Made by a program: the position numbers and the translations under genes. From Phoronis australis (Eukaryota; Animalia; Phoronida), in the NCBI GenBank assembly GCA_002633005.1, contig NMRA01000475.1:262938-326937 (forward strand): a DNA stretch of 64,000 bases, read 5' to 3'. Each line of letters begins with the position of its first letter. Within the stretch, counting starts at the first letter, position 1. This document shows positions 39,060-50,995 of the stretch, in pieces. The notes beneath the pieces are model-generated. The model was not told where the DNA came from. It was given only the letters and a program-made list of their open reading frames with translations, and made no database searches.

Positions 39060-39576
39060 AGTGGCATAGCACGCGAAAAACAGACTAAATTGCATTATTC
39101 AAAGTGCCACTGAAACAGAAGTCGAATTGTTCACTAGGTATTTTTACGGTTGGTTAGTAAAGATTTTGAATTTCTGTTGATGTCAGAACATTTTTCCCTT
39201 AGTTTCAAATTTCCACTTCTTCGATTTTTCATTCACACGGCAAAGCACGTCTTTTTATTTGGACGTCGTACATTCCTCTCATATGGAAATGTGTGTTATT
39301 GACCGTTCGTGTAAATAAAGCAGTGGCTATTTCAAGCCGCAACCAGTCCTACTTCTTTGAGCGCATGCGCGAATATATAACATTGGCGGTGGAGAATTTG
39401 AAAAATGAATTGGGATGAAAAGTTTTTAGTTCGTCTGTTTTTCAATAACTTAAATCTGACGATTTTTTCTAGACATTCTTGTAATATTCAAAGTGAATAA
39501 GTCTCACGTTAGCATCCCCAAGTTCGCCACGATCTGTTTAAAAGGTATTTTACTATTTTTCGCGATCCATGCCTCT
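39060..39576. mobile_element. 517-bp Kolobok-type MITE
   Basis: TTAA|AGTGGCATAGCACGCGAAAAA...TTTTTCGCGATCCATGCCTCT|TTAA. Confidence 0.75.
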
Positions 39577-40819
39577 TTAAGAAGAAAGCGGGAATTTGTC
39601 GCATTACACGAGTCGTGAAGGTCAAAAGAAAGTAACGCAATATCATGCATGAGAGAATTAAACATCACGAAATAAACCTAAAACGTGGCAAATATTTGGT
39701 TAGTTGCAAAACCCGTGGTTAACACGACGTAATGATTACAACACTGTATCTGTAACTTACCAGAAACATTGAAATTCTTATGAATAATATGTTTTCAAAA
39801 AATTGCGAGATGAGCTATCTGAGATATCCGCTTTTTCATTTTCAAAATGTTAGCAACAATAGTTTATCTTGAATAGAGCTAGAAGTGGATGTTTTAACAG
39901 GATTCATATTCAGCTACCGGGCTGACGAACTTGATCCAAGACAAATATTGACATGTGCCCATCTAAACAGGCAAATAGCTAGTAATACTTGTTTAAAAAT
40001 GTGTGTGTGTCTTACCATTATGGTTAACAGTCGTTGGGTCCACAAGGTAGAAGTTCTAAGTCTGAATACTTACCCTCCGTGAAACGACTTCTTTTCTGCA
40101 AGGATGTTGACGTGGTCGGCCGTTAGATGCAAAGAGTAAGGCATTTCTGCCAGGTAAAGGCTTTACGAAAACCACAAAACACAATAAACTACCGCGCCCA
40201 ACTTTCTCGCTACGAGATGAATGCAGAGACGCCCACGTGCAAGCTTACAACTACCAACAGTTGCGCGTGATTGTTAAAGTGCTTATAACATGTTTTGTTT
40301 TTTCAGGCCCCGGTGTTTGATCTCTGTACTCGGAAGTGGACTCGATTTTGAGTTTGGAGTGTAGGTCCTGGGACCCTGGTGTGTTCTGGAGTCCGTTTCA
40401 TGGAATCGACTTTAGACAATCCGGAATTAGAGATTGTTCATATGACGTAGAAAATTCCTCGAAAAAACATGAGCTTCTATAAACCACGTTGAAAACTATT
40501 GCAAATGCACAGTAGATCTCCGATACATTACTGCTCATCTAGGGCTGAGACGCCTGTGCTCTAAAGGTGAACAATTGTTTTAATCAAAATAATATCAAAT
40601 TACAATTGTTTTAAAGCCTAATATGATGGAAGGCGGAGCCTCTGTGGGGGCAAAAGCAAAAACATAAGCAGTGGAAACGATCCGTTGCAGGCTTAGATTT
40701 TATTCGTCTGTGTAGAGACACCCTTCAGTCACTCGGACAGGGAAAGTGAAAGGACACAACAGGACCACAGTAGGCCTACGGTACTCTGCGTGGCGTCTAT
40801 TAAAAGTCATCCTTGTTCT

Positions 40820-41947
40820 AACCACAGGCGCTTGAGTTTATCGCAAATGACGTCACTCAATAATATATAAGAAAACATAAACATAAAGGTTGGACACTTA
40901 AACTTTGCCAAGCCGAGGCTCCCAACTTCAACCGTCCAAAATCCAAATAAAATCTGCGTGCACCTCATTCAGTCTGGTGTTGCATAAACCTTCGAAGCCT
41001 TGTCTTTCCTAGATCCCATTAACTGTATTCGTGAGAGGTGAATTGGCGATGGAATTTCTAAAACAATCTCGAAACTCTGAATTCAAGGACCTAAAATAGT
41101 AAACATGGCGGATTTCAGTTGTGCTTCAACTTGTACGCCTGTCGTAGGTGAAACTTCGAGTTTGAGCAGGCAACCTATATTTCAAATTCAATAATTCTAG
41201 TCCAAAACTCAACTAATTGAGAATGTTAAAGTTAGTATTTTAATGATTATTTGTAACTTTATTCCACTGACGGCTCATTTTAGCCCTTAACTTAGAATTT
41301 CATTACATAAACTGGCGTATCTTGTTTCTCATCTTGACATCACGCACTTTTTTGATTGAAGCACAGCACACACTCGGCCAGGAAACGCAGTCCGTGCAAG
41401 TATTACAATGCGCGTGGCCGACGAGTTAACTCAATGGTTTTGGCCAAAAGTAAAACCTTCATAAGAAATCACAGTACACAAAAAACTTCGCATATCAATA
41501 CAGTATCAGGATAATTTATATTTGACACAAATATGTGACTAATTACATTTCAGTTTGGCAATAAAGTACTCTCTGCTTCTCATGATCAAGTAGTCGATGG
41601 ATTGACGGCGAAAGCCTCGCGAAATTAGACTTTCGTATTTAGCTCGGGAGCGTCTGTCAAAACCCGGATGTGCGAAGACCGTCTGCCATGACATCACGGA
41701 ATTAGGTCCTTGAGTTTGTGATTTTGGCATTCTTTTGGCATTTTTGTCGCCAAATTACCACTTGAAGGCAATTTGAAGAGATCGAATGAAAGAAAGTATT
41801 CTAAGAGTTGTTCGATGCTAGTTTCGTGGAGTTCCATGCACATTTGAGTAGAAAATTCTAAGCAAACAGATTTCGAGTGTCCAACCTTTATGTTTTCTTA
41901 TATATTATGAGTGACGTCATTTGCGATAAACCCAAGCGCCTGTGGTT
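40820..41947. mobile_element. 1.1-kb non-autonomous element with about 70-bp TIRs
   Basis: AACCACAGGCGCTTGAGTTTATCGCAAATGACGTCACTCA...AAAGGTTGGACACT is mirrored at about 41877-41947. TSD and superfamily unclear. Confidence 0.8.
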
Positions 41948-42365
41948 TTAACACTCAATGACTTAGTGCTAATCTTACAACACTTTCTGAAAAGCTTACT
42001 TGCGTCTATAAATGAATCGCACGAGAAACACTTGAGCAAACAAATCCTTCGGCAAATCGCGCATAGGCCTAATATGTCCACGTAGACTTACGGTAATAAA
42101 GAATTTCTCGAATCATTCGCACTGCAAGGTTACGTGCTGAACGTGATCATAGCTAAAACGGTCTGTGATTGTTTCCGGATAATCACCATTTTATTCCATT
42201 TTGAGTTAGACGAAAATTTGTGGGATTGGACAGTTGAAGCATACTGAAAAGGCTTCACATGGAGATTGAAGCCGATTAAAAATGTGGCCGGGATATCCAA
42301 CTTCACAAAACTCAACTCGCTTGTCCGGGAATCAATAATAAAAAATGCCGGAGTGTGCAAACTGG

Positions 42366-42498
42366 CCCTGGGGGAGGGTACTCGACGTGTAGCCCTGGGT
42401 TAGGGTACTCGACGCGTAGCGCTGGGGGAGGGTACTCGACGTGTACCGATGGGGGAGAGTACTCGACGTGTAGCGCTGGGGGAGAGTACTCGACGTGT
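42366..42498. repeat. 27-bp minisatellite (gggggagggtactcgacgtgtagc.ct), about 5 copies
   Basis: Tandem units with an invariant GTACTCGACG core. Confidence 0.9.
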
Positions 42499-43739
42499 GT
42501 GAGAAATTAGGATACCCAGAAAGTAGATTAAATACAAATGAAGAGGACTCATTAGTCGGAAGTTTTTATGAAAAAGTCAACTTTCGTTGCCAGTTTATTT
42601 CCAATACATTATCCAGTTTAACCGGGCCATATGCTTAGTAGTTTAATTCAAACCGCGAAAAACCTTGTTCTGGGCACGGGTATAAACTTATTATTCGATA
42701 TCCAATTCGAAATTATATTTCTTGTCATTTTCTATTGTACGTTTTGCGAACTCAAGATAAGTGTCAATTGCTGTTCTATGCTGGAATACATACCGTCTTA
42801 CGTGCATGGCTGCCTAATACTAATTTGCGGCACTTAATGGCCTCAGCGTTAAAGTAAGAAGTTTGATCCAAAATTCGAGTTTTTACTCGAAATCTCGATT
42901 TTTATTCGAGATTTTAGCTCGAATTCTATGGATCGTCAAGTACGAACTGGGACTAGAATCTCATTTGCATAAACCATAATGTATATGAGCACACGACAAC
43001 TGACGCTTATCTTGCCATCGCCAAAAGTAGAACGGAAAACGACAATGAAATAATTTCGAGTTCGATTTTGATTAAAAAAGATTAGACCCCGCTCCTGATG
43101 TGAGAAACATTCACAGATGTATTTGTTCTTCCAAAACAAAGTCTTCATTTTCTTATAATTTGCTTGAGTTGAACATGGTTACAACTTATCGTCTGAAAAC
43201 TTCCTTATGGGCACGCTGCCTTGACAACTTGAAACTAACCCGTCGCGAAAATAACTTTAATGAGTTTCGTCTGAAGCAATAATGATTTGTCAATTCTTCT
43301 CAGGCGTAAGAATCGTCTATAATCTTAGCAAGGACCAGGATGAGAGCGATTTTATAACAGTATAAGTAACCTAGATCAAAAGTTGTTTTGTCAGAAGGCG
43401 CGGGTTTATTGCCCCTTTAGTTAAACAGCGCTTTGGATTAATTGTGTTATTGTTACGCAACGAACCTCAATAAAATATAGTACAGTATAGATTTTGTGTA
43501 AAAATTGACCGGAGGGAGCTCCCGAATTCAAAAAGATAAGCCTTTTTAGAACACTGAACTGTAATATTAAAATACACTCTACTTTGTACAAATCTGTCGT
43601 GAAAACCGACCAAGTCCACGACAAAACGTTACTGAGATCTTTCATGCGCCGATGTTGCCGAATGCGCTTTACTACATGTATAGAAATGATCGGAGTTTAA
43701 CCTTTCTTTATCCTGATTCAACTCTAGCCACCAATTTTT

Positions 43740-44120
43740 GCGGCTTTCCGCCTGAAATATCCCATTACCCCCAGTCTTTACAAAGTGAATGGCTGGCTCA
43801 TGAGAGTGCAGGGAGAACTCTCATAACTGGTATAAAAATGCAGGATGAAAGGCTGGAGAGTGTGGCCGTCAAGTTGCTTGCAGGGGCAAAATACAGAGAA
43901 GTGTTTAGCTGCGCTGTACAAGTACGACCTCTGTCTGAAAATGTGTGTGGAAATGATTCCGAGAATGAAAAACGTAAATTTCATTGCATCGCGAATCCAG
44001 AACGATCTCATAGACATTCTTGAAACTATAACAGAAGATCTGGTAAAAAATCAAATAAAGGAAATTCTTTGCATTTCTAGCAGGCGAAATTACACCCCAC
44101 TATACCGAACAATTTTTAGT
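43740..44120 (+). pseudogene. hAT-superfamily transposase relic (ZMYM1/DUF4371-like)
   Basis: 'LYKYDLCLKMCVE...ASRIQNDLIDILETITEDLVKNQIK' followed, after a frameshift, by 'KFFAFLAGEITPHYTEQ'. This resembles the hAT pattern 'YD..L..H...S..IQN.LI...FS..ADETTD...EQ'. Confidence 0.65.
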
Positions 44121-44473
44121 AAAACTTAGTACAAAGAAAGGTACGTTCATAGCTAAACAACGGTATAAATAAAATGGTCAAATTTTGTTTTTTTTCCTAG
44201 AGAAAGATAGCTCACTTGCGAGTTTCTCGTTAGTCAATGTGACGTCACCGGAAGAGGGGCAAATCCTGCCATATTGCTCTTAATTTGGCCCGAATCTTTG
44301 CTACACACGCTAAATCTTACTGGGGTTCTTATGGTGAATTTTACGTTTAAAACGTTAACACAACTTAAGAGATGGTAGATGGATCGTGGAATAATTGTGG
44401 ATGGACGAAGAAAATGTGAACTTGTTATACTGTGCGAAGCTGTGAACGGATTGAAATTGGAACTCAACTTGGT

Positions 44474-45100
44474 CTAGGCCTGCCTGCCGCAGGCACACAG
44501 GGGCGATAGTATATCCCCATAAAAAGTTACTCACTTCAAAATACAGCTAATAAAATCAAATGAAACACGCATATTATTTTGCACATAGAGTTGTAATTAA
44601 CATTTACCCTAATTCTGGATACAATTAAGTCTACAAATAACTTGAACATATCCATGAAGACCTCGCGGTTTGATCGCTCGAGTTTCTCTCACCGAGCGCC
44701 ATTTTGAGGAAGTTACGTGAAATCATCCTTGTTGACGAACAAAAAGTCCAAGGGACACAAATCTTACAAATTTCACGTGATATTTCTCATGCTATTTTGC
44801 AAGTGTCACGCGATAGCTGTTGCCTCATACTCACCTGACTCAGTTGAAATACTTTGTGGTTATCGCGCGCGCGGTCATAGTTAACAGCAATTACAAAGTG
44901 GAGTTGGAATTCCTCGCCAAAGTCACATGAATTTCCGTAGCTATGCTTCATCAAAGATATGTTTAGAAGCAGAAAGAGTCACTGAAGAAAGTAAGCGCCT
45001 TTTAGGTGATAATTTTAGGTGTAGAAAGTATTTTTGACGAGGTGAAAACTTAACCAGTGAGCGGATTTCGCCTACCGCCCGTTTAAATACACGGGACGAA
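44474..45100 (-). mobile_element. Helentron-like element, 3' part
   Basis: On the minus strand it ends ggggatatac...GCCTGCGGCAGGC (hairpin) aggcCTAG. The body is homologous to 1685-1975. Confidence 0.5.
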
Positions 45101-46782
45101 ATTAGTGCACAACGCGATAGAACATATTGTTGTGCGAATCTGAATTTCATTTGCCATAACAGCAGTGTTTGTTTGGCGTTTTTCGAACTAAACGGCTAAA
45201 AACTCGAAGAAAGTAACAGAATACACTCTGCTACCGTATTGGGCAAATGGCCAAACGACAAGCTTTTGTCCCACTTCCCGTGACGTCACAGTTAAGTCTC
45301 ACATAATCTCGCGCAAAAAGACTTTCACGCATATTTAGCTTGCAGCGTAGTCTCCCAGTTGTACTCCCTTCACATACGCGGGTTTTTTTTTTCGCTAGTA
45401 ACACTCCACCCAGTCCAAGCCCTTCTTGGAAGAAACATGAGGGACTGAAGCTAAAGAAGAACTAGTCACACTCTGGTCTAGTTCAGAGTCTGATTTTGGG
45501 CTCAACACAATTCAAGTGATATGCTGCTGAGTTTACCTTCAAGGGTCTAATTGTGGATGTTACTGAGGCTGAATGAGTTTAGATGAAAGAAAGCCACGTG
45601 TTGAAACTGGACATTTTTTACAAGCGCTTCTATGGGCCATTGAAACTAGAACCCAGTGAAATGAAAGCCAAAAGCTGAGTGACATTAAATTTTCCTTTCA
45701 GAAGAAAGGCTTTATACTATTGGTAAAAACTTTTCAATTTGGTACAGATTATGGGGAAATGACATTCAGTGACTGCATCGATTGTCTTATTGTATGTTTT
45801 CAATTGTAGCTAGCTGGATAAGAATCTGCTATGCACAAGATTCGAGAATAAACAATTATCAGTGTATTTAAAAACAAATGGCAAACTGAAAAAAGCTCAG
45901 AAAGAAACAACATTGCGAGGGAGTCCATAATCAGGCATATCAGGTGTTGAATTTCTGAATTACATTCAATTCTCTCAGGTTATTGCTGAAGGATTGCTTT
46001 TCACTTTGTCCAACGGTGAAATAGATGGTCAGGTGGTTGGTTTCAGTTGTTTTTTCTTGCCTGTAACAGAATAGAAATATTAGCAAATTGTAAAAGAAAA
46101 GACAAGACAAAACTACTTTTGCAAGGCAGAACATACTTGACATTTCATCTTTATGTTTATGTGTAGAAACTAATAACCTTTGTACCCAAGTCTTATTTAA
46201 TATCTGAATTAAAATATGTGAAACAGGCTAAAAGTGATTTAACAATGTGTATTTTTCATGACACTTAAAATGTGCTTCTGATCTAAACAAGTAAAATTCA
46301 TTCTAGGTGTCAATTTTTTTTCCAATGCAATGTTACGACATTTACTGAATTAAGGCTTATTCATGTTAATTCGATAACTGAGCTGGTGGTCCTGGTGGTG
46401 GGGTCCACGATAAAATAAGGAAACTCACTCACCTAGAGAATTTTATTGGAAACAGCATAGTTTTGAAGAGAAACTGCAGTGGAAAAGTCACTCATGACTT
46501 CTGTGCATCACGTACCATACACCTCTTATTTTGGGAGCACTCCCACCCAGTCCCAGCATAGTCTATGGTCCCAGGACAATATGAATATGTGCTGCTAGCC
46601 TACCCGGCATCGGGTAAGTTTCCAAAAAGAAACACTTAGTTCGACTCAATAAACTGTTATTCAGTGGGGTAACTGGTGGGGATAACATCACCGAACGATG
46701 TTGATAGAAACTGATTGCTAAAACCTTACCAAGTAATGTTGTGTAGTCTCCGAATGGAACTGCGTTATGCATAGTCATAGAG

Positions 46783-47066
46783 CACACACGGGGCTTCAGC
46801 ATCCACACATTTTTGTCAGTTAGTTGACCCTGTTGACCGCAATTGTCCACGAATATAGTAACCTTAGGTCTTTTGGGAATTTGTGGCCACCTGTCGAAAA
46901 CTTGCACCAGGGAAATTAGCAGTAATAAGGCTTAGCGCGACGACGTATTTTGATAAAAATTCCATCTTTTACCAGTTGTTTACATGCAGACAGCCACGCA
47001 CGCGCAATTCAGTCACCACTAGTACAGCAGCGACACCGCGAGGAGAATTCTCCGAATAGCCCCATT
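46783..47066. repeat. Second copy of the repeat at 1-284 (left boundary not determinable)
   Basis: Direct, near-identical match to the window start. It abuts the truncated end of Kolobok family A copy 2. Confidence 0.85.
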
Positions 47067-48807
47067 GAATTAGTCTTTTTTACCGTCTTAATCGCTCAAT
47101 ATCCACATCGCCTCTTGTACGATCGACCTCACCTTGCCGAGAGGTGTCGCGTTAGTGACCTGTGAGGAAGGTTAACCTGGTTCCCGGGTCTCAAAACATG
47201 ACGTCACGAATAACTTGTGGACAACCAATCTCGCGGGTTTGTGTAGGAGACTATGAGGAAGGTGAGAAACGACGCAGCGACGTCAGTGGTTCGTCTGCAG
47301 AGTGAATGCCGCTATATTGCGGTGCATCGCTTTCGCTTGTCCGAACTATGAAGCTGCAAAGAAAGCGAGTATGTCGTTTTTTCGACTTCCTCGAGATCCC
47401 GAAATCTTAGGAAGTGGCTCGCGGTAGTGAAGAATGAAAGGTATGCTGTTAGCAAATATGAGGCCGTGAAACATCTCCGTGTCTGTGGCCGGCATTTCGT
47501 CGACAGGGATTTCTCTGACGAATTCCTTATTACCAAAGAACTATCCATACGTTCCGTTGCCTATGCATGTTCACGGCGCCTCTCTAGTATTTCCCGGTTC
47601 GAACTGATAGCCTGTGAAACCTAACGATCCGACCCGTGAAGTCTTCGTCGGATGAGCTCTTGACTAAAAGTCGGGATTGGCGCCGGGCGAGGTGCCATGT
47701 AGAAGTTTATTATTCTGCGTTCTGTTTCAAAATGAATTATTCTCATCCTAAAATGATCCCAAATATATGAAACTGAAACAAAGTCTGTCTCATTAGATAC
47801 AATTTGTAATGCCTTGGAGTGCTCGTAAGTGCAAATGTTTTGAGAAGCCAGCAATGAATAAACCACTGCGTTACCGGCTTTTGATGCCAGTAACAAATGT
47901 AATTAACCGAGCACCGAGGCCGTGTGAGCGCATGCTAATTTAGTGTTTGCTGACAGAAAGCTGTTGTGAAACAATTACTCGATTTTACATGCTATGGTCA
48001 CATGTTAGGGGAATCTTTACTTAGAAATACAAATGCATTATTCAAATCATTGTTATTGTACAACCTTTGCCCTGACGGTCAGTAGAATTAAGAGGAACCC
48101 GACTTCGCGGCCCCCGACAAGTAAGTAGATTTTCAGTTTCGTGGCTAATTCACATAAATAATTAAATGCACATTATTTCTTTGGCTCACTATTATAGTCT
48201 TGTCGTGACTGGAGGTTTAATTTCCAACTCAAGCTGGTTTATGTTCGTGCCAGTCCCGGCGACGGGCCTGATCGGGTTCCGAGCCACTGGCCGGGATAAC
48301 AAGCGTTTTGTGTGTTTAGAACTCAGAAAATCACAAGTATAAACAGCAAAGATCTAGGTTCTCCTGTCTGTATTTCACGGAAGAATACTTCGAATTTATC
48401 TCCGAACAGACCCCAAATTCCTGCTACGGACTTTGAACTGGCCTGCCGAACGTTGTAGACCACGGTGTGTCCAAATACCAGTAAATCCCTATTTGCGAAA
48501 TAAAACAAGACGTTTTTATAAGAACTCGGTATATTTTCAAGTGTTTTATATTGAAATTTGATGATTTATTGGTGTTAAACGATGAATTCAAGCGAGAAGC
48601 TGACACCACTAACCTGTGTTACTGCTGAACAGACTGCGTGTGAAACCAATTACGTTATTGGATAATTTCAACACCTCCGTTAGCCCAAAGATACTATAAA
48701 ATCTTTGGTTTGCTGTCAGGTGTCAGGTAATGCAACCGAACCTGGCGTTATCGAGTAGAACTACTCGATCCGTTACAAAATAGGTTGTTTTTGGGTGGCA
48801 TTCTCCT
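47067..48807 (+). mobile_element. Kolobok family A, copy 2 (one terminus lost)
   Basis: Reverse-complement homologue of 32307-33951. It ends GGGTGGCATTCTCCT|TTAA at 48807; the other TIR is replaced by the adjacent repeat. Confidence 0.82.
47314..47540 (+). pseudogene. Decayed THAP domain inside Kolobok family A, copy 2
   Basis: RCIAFACPNY...SMSFFRLPRDPE (frameshift) RKWLAVVKNERY...KHLRVCGRHFVDRDF gives the full C2CH signature. The start codon is mutated to ATA. Confidence 0.78.
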
Positions 48808-48836
48808 TTAAAACATATAGTAAGTATACGACATAT

Positions 48837-49005
48837 TAGGTGTCCCAAAAAGCGACCCACTTTTAGACAAGTGATTTCTCAGCAACGGATAAATCGACTG
48901 TTTTTTCAAATTCTTACAGATGAACCTTAGGATATCATCAACAAATGTGCAAAATATCAAAGAGATCTGTGTTCAATTGTGCGAATACTGTCAAATTAAA
49001 ATCAT
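48837..49005 (+). mobile_element. Tc1/mariner-like TIR arm (inverted partner at about 58135-58300)
   Basis: aggtgtcccaaaaag...cactttt.gacaagt.atttctcagcaa aligns over about 165 bp with the reverse complement of 58135-58300. Confidence 0.55.
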
Positions 49006-49238
49006 CAAGTCAAAAAATAAAATGTCAAAGGGAAGCTCGCTTATTTAGTCTATGCTCAGTGTGGACTCCATCTTCCTGCACGAACAAATGGAGCCGTTTC
49101 TTCCTACCAGAAATTCTTTTCCGTATTTCTTCCATCGAGATTTCCTCTGTGACATAATTATTCTGTCTTTTATTTCCTGCTCAGTAAATCTGTCTCTCAT
49201 TTCCTGGTAAACTTTCTCCTTCAGACAGTCTCATATGG

Positions 49239-49304
49239 CGTAGTACACTGGATGACGTAGTACACTGGATGACGTAGTACACTGGATGACGTAGTACACT
49301 GGAT
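49239..49304. repeat. 17-bp minisatellite (cgtagtacactggatga), about 4 copies
   Basis: Direct tandem units. Confidence 0.9.
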
Positions 49305-49879
49305 TGCAGCCAGGACTGGGCTGAGGCCACTCATCCTATTTGATGAATTTTGGTTTGGCCTCCATCAGATGAGCCTGAGTTATAATTTTTGTTCGCGTTT
49401 GAAGGAGCTCCATCTTGTTAAGACACGCAATTGTTTCAAGGTTAAAAGAGAGGTTTCGCAAAGCCACGTGACCGTGAATTATCACGCATACTTAATTGCA
49501 CGTGCCGATTCACGTTACAGTAACAATAATTAAATGGGTTTCGCAACAGCCAAATGTTTGCGTGAACGTAGAAGTAAACGTGAACTGAATAACTGAGCTC
49601 AGGGTGTCCAGTTATTGTAAGCCTAGTGTATGTCGGCTAGTTTACAAAAAAATTAAAAGTCACTCTGCCAGTGTAACTTCTTTTGCGTGAAAAAAGTCGT
49701 CATTTCTATGAACTCCTGCGAGAAATTGTCAACTCTTAGAATGCGAAATCTATTTGCAGTTTAAAATAAATAGATGCATGCAAATTAAGCATATGAAAAT
49801 TTAACAACACAAAATTATATCTGTTCAAAATCCATTCTACATGTAATTCGATGATATCCAGCGAACCCCCGGTAGAATA

Positions 49880-50690
49880 TGTAGGTTTATTTCAAACACG
49901 TAACAGGCCTCCGGCCCACATTGCAAATATATAATATATACAGAGTACCAGATTGTTCAAGTCTAAACTAATTCATATCAAGGAACTCATTTCGAAATTT
50001 CTCCGCATTAATTAAATATCTAGCAACTTTTCTCAGGACAGTTGAATCATGAGTCTGTAGAAAATTGCTGAACACTATCTCGTCCACTTTATCGTATCTT
50101 GGTAAGAACAGAACATGTAGATCAGAATATAAATTACATTCGAGAAAAATCAAGTCCACTAAACCTTCCCTAAACAATCATTAAAGAATGCGCCGAGCTT
50201 CTGAATCTTTCGAGGGTTACTCTGTGAAAACTATTTTCTAGCAATGTTATGTAGTTTTCTACTACAAAATTACATTTAACTATTTTATAAACATCTAATG
50301 ATTGAGAAAATATATTGTCTTTTCAATCCTGGATGTCAATATCAAAGCATCGTTGTTGAAATTCCCTTATAAATGAGGCAGCATCGCCTACACCTTGTTG
50401 TATCCAAACAACTCCAAAACCATAAGCAAATAACAATCGTTTAACATTTAGAGCCCAGCAACACTTATTTTGCTCAGTCATGTCATATTGCACATTATAG
50501 TGCACACTAACATATTGATGGCTTGGCAATTTGATAATCTTTAACCAGTATTTAACAATTCTCAATAACAGATGTACCTTCATTGTTACTCTACCAAGCT
50601 CTCCCCTCACTGCAGCGTTTGAGACATGCTGTCCAGAACAAGGATTTTGGAAAAGGTGCTTTCTTGCAAATAAACATTTATTGACAAATG
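49880..50690 (-). mobile_element. 3' fragment of a non-LTR retrotransposon (RTE-X-like), degenerate
   Basis: Post-RT peptides 'RGELGR...RIVKYWLKI...WALNVKRLLFAYGFGVVWIQQGVGD' and 'FLECNLYSDL...LRKVARYL', followed by gggccggaggcct...aataaa. Clade assignment is by recalled similarity only. Confidence 0.7.
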
Positions 50691-50995
50691 AATCGTGTTC
50701 ATTTCATACTGAAGCAAAGAAGAAAGATTGAGAACCCTATCAAAATAAAAATCTTTCGGTGTTGTACCAAATAAGAATTAAAAACGGGCCACATGTTTCG
50801 CGTTTAAAGCGATGCGAATATCACTTTACCCCATACGCGTTGAATCTGTCGAGGGAAATACGGCCATGTAATAAAGTTTTCCGTATTCACCTCACTTCAA
50901 CAGTGACCTCTGACATGGAAAGTTCAAAAGGTATGTCAATGTCGACTCGACGTCTTCAGCTGGTTCGATCATCAAACTTTCCGAATATAGTTTAA

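Noticed and set aside
42366-42498. Regularly spaced 27-bp repeats as a CRISPR array
   Set aside because: There are no unique spacers; it is a simple minisatellite.
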